A DNA stretch of 64,000 bases from an uncultured Candidatus Berkelbacteria bacterium (GTDB taxonomy: Bacteria > Patescibacteriota > UBA1384 > UBA12157 > JAENIV01), in NCBI GenBank assembly GCA_963698075.1, contig OY969116.1:670131-734130 (forward strand). Direction: 5' to 3'. The notes beneath the pieces were generated by a model. The model was not told where the DNA came from and ran no database searches. It saw only the letters and a list, made by a program, of their open reading frames with translations. A program made the position numbers and the translations under genes. Numbering within the stretch: position 1 is the first letter of the stretch; each line of letters begins with the position of its first letter. Shown piece after piece: positions 58,997-64,000 of the stretch.

Positions 58997-60103
58997 ATGA
59001 AAAAAATTGCTTCAATTATTGGCGCCCGGCCACAGTTTATCAAAACACCGCTGATTTCACGCGAGATTCGCAAATTCGCCAAGGAAATCCTAGTTCACAC
59101 TGGTCAGCATTATGATCTCAATATGTCCGAGATATTTTTTAAAGAACTCGGGATTGCCAAACCTGATTATAATTTGGGCGTCGGCTCTGATACCCAGGGC
59201 AAACAAACCGGCCGCATGCTCGAGCGAATTGAAGCGGTTTTAATCAAAGAGAAACCCGATTTAGTGATTATTTACGGCGATACCAACTCGACCGTTGCCG
59301 GGGCCCTCGCCGCCGCGAAACTTCACATTCCTGTCGCCCACGTCGAAGCTGGTATGCGTTCCTATAACCGTCAAATGCCCGAAGAAATCAACCGCGTCGT
59401 CTCCGATCATATCGCTGATATTTTATTGGCGCCAACTGAATCTGCGGTTAAGCTCCTCAAGAAAGAAGGGGTAACCCGCGGCGTCTATTTTGTCGGTGAT
59501 GTGATGTACGATATCCAGAAGAAACTTAAATCTAAAAGTTCATATCTCAAAACCCTAAAAACCTATCACCTAAAACCTAAAACCTATTTATTAGCCACCG
59601 TACATCGGCAGGAAAATACTGACATTCGCCAAAACTTAGAAAATATTATTGAGGCCTTTATAAAAATAGGGGAAACCATTGTTTTCCCCGCCCATCCGCG
59701 AACAGTTAAGTTCCTGAAGGGTTATGGCTTGGACAAAGAGATTGCTAAATATCCCCAGATTAAACTGATAGAACCAGTTGGTTTTTTTGAAATGATCGCT
59801 TTAGAAGCTAATGCGCGCCTCGTTTTGACTGATTCCGGCGGCGTCCAAAAAGAGGCCTATCTCGACCGCGTCCCATGTATTACCTTACGAAACGAAACTG
59901 AGTGGACGGAGACAGTGGCAGCGGGTTGGAATAAACTCGCCGGCGCCAACACCCGTAAAATCTTATCCTTAGTCAAAAAATTCCCTCACCCCAAATCTCA
60001 CCCCAACTTCTTAGGCGACGGCAAAGCTTATGTAAAGATTGGAAAGATAATTAAGAAATATTTACTTGCCCGCCGTAGCCTTGGCGAAGGCGGGGCTCTC
60101 TAA
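58997..60103 (+). CDS. wecB: Non-hydrolysing UDP-HexNAc 2-epimerase (WecB/WbpI family)
   Basis: GARPQFIK, HTGQHYD, YGDTNST, HVEAG.RS, PEEINR, TDSGGVQKEA. Confidence 0.95.
   Translation: MKKIASIIGARPQFIKTPLISREIRKFAKEILVHTGQHYDLNMSEIFFKELGIAKPDYNLGVGSDTQGKQTGRMLERIEAVLIKEKPDLVIIYGDTNSTVAGALAAAKLHIPVAHVEAGMRSYNRQMPEEINRVVSDHIADILLAPTESAVKLLKKEGVTRGVYFVGDVMYDIQKKLKSKSSYLKTLKTYHLKPKTYLLATVHRQENTDIRQNLENIIEAFIKIGETIVFPAHPRTVKFLKGYGLDKEIAKYPQIKLIEPVGFFEMIALEANARLVLTDSGGVQKEAYLDRVPCITLRNETEWTETVAAGWNKLAGANTRKILSLVKKFPHPKSHPNFLGDGKAYVKIGKIIKKYLLARRSLGEGGAL
60069..60094. repeat. REP-like palindrome at the 3' end of wecB
   Basis: cccgcc-gtagccttggcgaa-ggcggg, translated as ARRSLGEGG. Confidence 0.7.
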
Positions 60104-60224
60104 AGAGACCTCTTAATTGACACTTACGAAGTGTAAATTTTATGGTTAAAATGGTAAAAAATATAATAATAAATATAATAAAAATCGCGCGGTCGAAAGG
60201 ATTTTATTAGATTTCTTGGTATTG

Positions 60225-60254
60225 AAAAGCCCCGGGCAAAACTTCACCCGGGGC
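60225..60254 (-). terminator. Intrinsic terminator
   Basis: gccccggg / cccggggc stem with U-tract on the minus strand. Confidence 0.75.
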
Positions 60255-60268
60255 GCACGGCGGTCTTG

Positions 60269-60423
60269 CTATGCGAATCGCAAGACAACTCCGACAATCG
60301 CGATTCCTATACCTATGCCAGCTATGGGACCGCCGTAGATTGTGCGTCTTTTCTTCAGTCCCAGAACGAACAAGCCAAGCCCACCGGAAAACATAGAAGT
60401 CCAGCAAAATTCGTCCAGGTCAT
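60269..60423 (-). pseudogene. Small membrane protein, apparently disrupted (41-aa ORF 60269-60394, not in the track)
   Basis: MFSGGLGLFVLGLKKRRTIYGGPIAGIGIGIAIVGVVLRFA; the SD-led ATG at 60423 is in a different frame. Confidence 0.5.
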
Positions 60424-60498
60424 CGATCTTCTCCTTCCTTCAACTCTCGAACCTCGATATCGCATCGAGACCCGTCAGTACCACCAGAACGGCTTTTT

Positions 60499-60732
60499 TC
60501 ATTTTCCCTCTCGCAGTTTCAGAATGGTCTCTTCAAGGCAGACTGCAAATCCAATCAGTCCGAGGATGCAACCGAAGACTCCAACCATTGATAGAAGTCC
60601 TTGTTGAACGTAATCTGCCTCTCTGGCGTAGAAAATCCAGGCTGTTATTCCTCCTGCTATGAACGCCAGAAAGATGAGGACCCCTATTATTGCACCATCG
60701 CTTTTCTCGATAAGCTTCTTCCAGGCCTTCAT
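60499..60732 (-). CDS. Small 2-TM membrane protein
   Basis: SD AAGGAG; two hydrophobic helices. Confidence 0.7.
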   Translation of the reverse strand: MKAWKKLIEKSDGAIIGVLIFLAFIAGGITAWIFYAREADYVQQGLLSMVGVFGCILGLIGFAVCLEETILKLREGK

Positions 60733-60750
60733 CGGTTTTCTCCTTTCTGT

Positions 60751-60963
60751 TCAGGTTTGTCGGCCAAGCATTTTCTCAACAACTAAGAAAAGGACGATGA
60801 CACCGCACAACAGAGATGACAGACTCAAGAAGAACAACATATCACTATCCGTTTCGATTGTCCGGTGGAGAGGATGCCTCAAAGCCAGGATAAGGAAACC
60901 AACACTGAAGGCAATCCACAGCACAGTGATTGCCAGTTCGCTCAGATACTTTCTGACCTTCAT
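60751..60963 (-). CDS. Small 2-TM membrane protein
   Basis: SD AAGGAGG; two hydrophobic helices. Confidence 0.7.
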   Translation of the reverse strand: MKVRKYLSELAITVLWIAFSVGFLILALRHPLHRTIETDSDMLFFLSLSSLLCGVIVLFLVVEKMLGRQT

Positions 60964-61046
60964 CTCTTTCCTCCTTTAATTTTCAACGCTCGAACCCGTT
61001 GGATAACTCTCTATCCAATGGGGCTCAAGGTTGAGCCCGAAGGCTC

Positions 61047-61652
61047 TTAACCCTCGGGCTGCTTTCCTACCTTTGTGACCGCATACATCTCTCGGAGGTA
61101 TTCTCTCCAGTACTCATCGTAGTCAACCGGTAGATAGTCCCGTGGATCAATCAGGTAGGTGGCACCCGAAACTAGTACCATTCTCGTAGGCATCAGGAAC
61201 GCCGCCGAGACCGCATCTTTCTCATGGACATCGACAGGAAGATCTGATTGGACATCTTGCGGCTTATCGGCAAGAACTAGTGTGACCTGTCGAAGGTTGC
61301 TGACGGGTCCATAGTGCTCGCGACTTGTTTCAACCATGTTCGCGAAGCAGCGATAGAAACGGTGCGTGCCCCTGACGACTAGATAGGCCCTAAGGCCATC
61401 CCTCTTGAGATGGACCAGGAGGCCTCGGTCCCATGTCCATTCGATACCGTCTTCAGGCACATCCCAGGTTCCGACGAGCCTAGGAGCGTTTGCCTTGGCA
61501 TTCGCCAGCCACTCTTTCTGTTCTTCTACGTAGTCCTGGGCCCTGGAAAAAGATCCCTTGAGAGGGTTCTCAAACGTGCCGTACCTCATCATCAGGAATA
61601 CGAGAAGGCCCAGAACCACAACCACCACAGTCATTTTCCCGGCGTATCTCAT
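61047..61652 (-). CDS. Membrane-anchored hypothetical protein (GC-richer gene)
   Basis: SD AAGGAGG before ATG 61652; N-terminal TM helix. Confidence 0.75.
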   Translation of the reverse strand: MRYAGKMTVVVVVLGLLVFLMMRYGTFENPLKGSFSRAQDYVEEQKEWLANAKANAPRLVGTWDVPEDGIEWTWDRGLLVHLKRDGLRAYLVVRGTHRFYRCFANMVETSREHYGPVSNLRQVTLVLADKPQDVQSDLPVDVHEKDAVSAAFLMPTRMVLVSGATYLIDPRDYLPVDYDEYWREYLREMYAVTKVGKQPEG

Positions 61653-61724
61653 CTGAGGCGCCTCCTTATTTTGGGGTTCATTCACAACAGGTTCGGTTTT
61701 ACCCTATCCCATCGTGAACATAAG

Positions 61725-61804
61725 ATTATATCACATATTCAATGAAATGTCAATATATAGTGACGTTAATTATACTTGACAAAAGCATAAAAATCAAGTA
61801 TAAT
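61725..61804. promoter_or_regulatory. Two consensus divergent sigma70 promoters
   Basis: Minus strand TTGACA (61753)-N17-TATAAT (61725); plus strand TTGACA (61776)-N17-TATAAT (61804). Confidence 0.85.
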
Positions 61805-61846
61805 ATAATAAAGTCGTAAATTAGTTACGATAATTACAATAATATC

Positions 61847-61874
61847 AATTTAATTCGTACGTACGAATTAAATT
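61847..61874. promoter_or_regulatory. Perfect 28-bp palindrome, candidate operator
   Basis: aatttaattcgtac|gtacgaattaaatt just before the trmB SD. Confidence 0.55.
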
Positions 61875-61886
61875 TACAGGAGCATT

Positions 61887-62630
61887 ATGGAGGTTGAAAA
61901 AATATTAGAAGATGTCGGGTTAGATGAAAACGAGGCCAAAATATACCTCGCGGTTTTGGCGTTGGGCGAGGCCACGGTCCTCCCCATTTCAAAAAAGTCC
62001 GGTATTGGTCGGACTTATTGTTATGATATTTTGGACTCTTTGGTGGAAAAGGGGCTGGTCACTTATGTTGAAAAACGCGGCCGCCGGCGCTACAGCGCCA
62101 CCGAGCCGAAAATGATTAAAAAATTGCTCCATGAGAAATTGACGCAATTAGATAGTATTCTTCCAGATTTAGAGGGTTTATATCAAAAAGCACCCATTCG
62201 GCCTAAAGTCCGCTTTTTTGAAGGTCGTGAGGGCGTTGAAATTATCCATCAAGAAATCCTCAAAGAGGCCAAAGAGGTTTGGTTTGTTGGTTCGATTGAA
62301 GATTGGGCGAAAAAATTTCCGAACTATGTGGACTATGTCAAAGCCCAAGTTAAGGTAGGGATTAAAATCCGCGATTTAGTTCGGCCAGGGTCTGGCGAAG
62401 CCCAGAAATACGCCCATTTATATAAAAAACCACTCCAAGAACTGCGTTATCTTCCAGAGACAGCCAAATTCGCCACTGATAATATGGTTTGGAATAATAA
62501 GTTTGTGATGATTTCATACGGTGCCGATTTATACGCCGTCTCGGTCGAATCCGCCGAAATCGCCCAGACAATGAGAGTGATTTATGAAATACTTTGGAAA
62601 CAAGCGAAAACTCTAAGCACTAAATTCTAA
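61887..62630 (+). CDS. TrmB family transcriptional regulator
   Basis: GL..NEAKIYLA.L..G, RT.CYDIL..L..KGLV, P.VRFFEG.EG. Confidence 0.9.
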   Translation: MEVEKILEDVGLDENEAKIYLAVLALGEATVLPISKKSGIGRTYCYDILDSLVEKGLVTYVEKRGRRRYSATEPKMIKKLLHEKLTQLDSILPDLEGLYQKAPIRPKVRFFEGREGVEIIHQEILKEAKEVWFVGSIEDWAKKFPNYVDYVKAQVKVGIKIRDLVRPGSGEAQKYAHLYKKPLQELRYLPETAKFATDNMVWNNKFVMISYGADLYAVSVESAEIAQTMRVIYEILWKQAKTLSTKF

Positions 62631-62729
62631 ACTCTAAATAATATCAAATGTTCTAAATTTCAAAGTTTGAAACATTCGAATTTGAAATTTGGAATTTGTT
62701 TAGGATTTAGATATTAGATTTTAGGATTT
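62610..62729. repeat. AT-rich long hairpin built of 7-nt units
   Basis: NNNctaa units on the left, ttagNNN units on the right, centred on tttcaaa-g-tttgaaa. Confidence 0.7.
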
Positions 62730-62750
62730 AAATTAAGTTATACTTAATTT

Positions 62751-63545
62751 ATGCCAACAAAATTAGGCAAAGCCGATGTTCATATCCACAGCGTTTATTC
62801 TGATGGCGATGAAAAAATCGAGGATATTTTGGAATATGCGCAAAACAAAACCGATTTGGACGTCATTGCCATTTCCGACCACGACACGATTGAGGGGGCG
62901 CTCAAAGCCCGCGAAATCATGAAAGAAAAATCTTACCATGCGTGGCGATTCCAGTTGATTATCGGCGAGGAAATTACCACTCAAGAAGGCCATATTGTCG
63001 GGTTATTTTTAAAAGAGGCGATTCCGCCAAATTTATCAGTTCAGGAAACTTTAGCGCGCATCCGCGTCCAAAAAGGTTTGGCGATTGCTGTCCACCCCTT
63101 TTATCATTCGCGGATGAAACATGCCAAATATGCGACGATGGATGGTATTGGCGCGACCACTCTTCTTCGAAACAATGCCTTTATTGATGCCATCGAAATC
63201 GTTAACGCCACTCCGACTTTATCGGATGAGAACTTGGCGGCCTCGATTTTAAATAAAACGCTCCTCTTAAACGCCGAAGTTGGCAATTCTGATGCTCATA
63301 TTTTAGCGGCCATCGGTATGGGCTACACCTTGTTTGAAGGCCGGACCGCCGCTGATTATCGCCGGGCAGTCTTACAGCACCAAACCCGGGCCATGTATAA
63401 GAACTGGTCTTATTTAGGTCTCGTCAAATATGGCTTTTTCTATTTTCCCCTTGGTTTACGTCTCCTTATTCACACGATTTTACACGGCGAAAAACACCGT
63501 CCTCCGGATTTGTTGGAGGAGGAGATTAGGGCAGAGGAAAAATAG
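62751..63545 (+). CDS. PHP domain metal-dependent phosphoesterase
   Basis: DVHIHS..SDG, ISDHD, GEEI...GH, HP, SDAH. Confidence 0.9.
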   Translation: MPTKLGKADVHIHSVYSDGDEKIEDILEYAQNKTDLDVIAISDHDTIEGALKAREIMKEKSYHAWRFQLIIGEEITTQEGHIVGLFLKEAIPPNLSVQETLARIRVQKGLAIAVHPFYHSRMKHAKYATMDGIGATTLLRNNAFIDAIEIVNATPTLSDENLAASILNKTLLLNAEVGNSDAHILAAIGMGYTLFEGRTAADYRRAVLQHQTRAMYKNWSYLGLVKYGFFYFPLGLRLLIHTILHGEKHRPPDLLEEEIRAEEK

Positions 63546-63556
63546 TTCTCATAACG

Positions 63557-63586
63557 AAAACCGCCCCGATATCATCGGAGCGGTTT
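63557..63586 (-). terminator. Intrinsic terminator
   Basis: aaaccgc.ccgat-atc-atcgg.gcggttt stem. Confidence 0.75.
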
Positions 63587-63749
63587 GGTTTGAGATAAAA
63601 CTTGTGTCACCTGTTGATTTTGCATGGGGCCGGTTCACCAGAGCGGTTCAATACATCTTGAAGCTGGTGCCGGCAAAGGTGACAGCGGAGTACTCCCTAG
63701 TCCTTGCTTCGAGCTGGACCTCACGGCTGGGAAGCCGAACCGTTCTCGG

Positions 63750-63998
63750 TTAGCGAGACTTAGCCTGGACTTTTTCAACGAGATACTCTAGAGCCTTCGT
63801 CCAGTCCTTGTGAGGAGCGTCCTTGGTAAAGAGCTCCGCATTTAGTTTGCGGGTCTCTTCCTTCGGACGACTCTCATCCCAAGGGACTCGGAAGGCCTCA
63901 AGCGTCTCGACGATGGTCCACTTTGCGACACCGCAAAGTGTCCAGATCCAAGCATGGCGATTACCGTGATGCCAACCGCTGGTACAGATGACGAACGG
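63750..63998 (-). CDS. Hypothetical protein, C-terminal part only (GC-richer; continues beyond the window)
   Basis: Open minus frame ...PFVICTSGWHHGNRHAWIW...EKVQAKSR, stop TAA at 63750. Confidence 0.65.
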   Translation of the reverse strand, partial: PFVICTSGWHHGNRHAWIWTLCGVAKWTIVETLEAFRVPWDESRPKEETRKLNAELFTKDAPHKDWTKALEYLVEKVQAKSR

Positions 63999-64000
63999 AA

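Noticed and set aside
60269-60502. TGA readthrough or genetic code 25 joining the 20-aa and 41-aa ORFs
   Set aside because: They are in frame across one TGA, but many conserved genes here end in TGA and none need TGA as a sense codon; decay is the simpler explanation
60266-61050. Plus-strand ORFs of 61-113 aa
   Set aside because: Antisense to SD-led minus-strand membrane ORFs whose promoter and terminator are on the minus strand
63430-63753. 107-aa plus-strand ORF
   Set aside because: Overlaps the PHP gene out of frame and crosses a terminator; no recognisable features
1-64000. CRISPR array, diversity-generating retroelement, IS element or prophage
   Set aside because: No regularly spaced repeats, reverse transcriptase, adenine-specific TR/VR pair, transposase or phage structural genes seen

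Overview
AT-rich bacterial DNA (about 37-40% GC by eye) using genetic code 11. It most resembles Patescibacteria/CPR, inferred from VirB2/TrbC-like CPR pilins, PilB, ComF, CPR-type TrmB and intragenic palindromic repeats. The left 15 kb holds a PilB/GspE ATPase, an M48 peptidase, an hsp20-galU-solute-binding protein-4 pilin operon, a surface protein, a GT4, a GT-C-like protein and comF. A ~45 kb surface-glycan locus (15.2-60.1 kb) encodes a WbpA/B/D/E/I-like 2,3-diacetamido-uronic acid pathway. It also carries Bordetella wbm-like tailoring genes (2 AsnB amidotransferases, WbmS-like deacetylases, a formyltransferase, SDRs, a Cys-His-Asp WbmE-like enzyme between wzm and wzt), both Wzm/Wzt and Wzx export, and several domain fusions. 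The main unusual features are: (1) three tandem, very divergent Nfo/xylose-isomerase-like TIM-barrel metalloproteins separated by duplicated terminator-palindrome-promoter spacers; (2) at least six GC-rich, self-contained promoter-SD-gene-terminator modules in the AT-rich backbone; (3) two A7-tract frameshifts; (4) a tandem GT array with a 15-codon relic of a lost fourth copy; (5) REP-like palindromes inside genes, 7-nt-periodic hairpins, a tRNA-like mini-element and a structured 3' RNA candidate. All calls come from motif recognition by eye; no searches were run.
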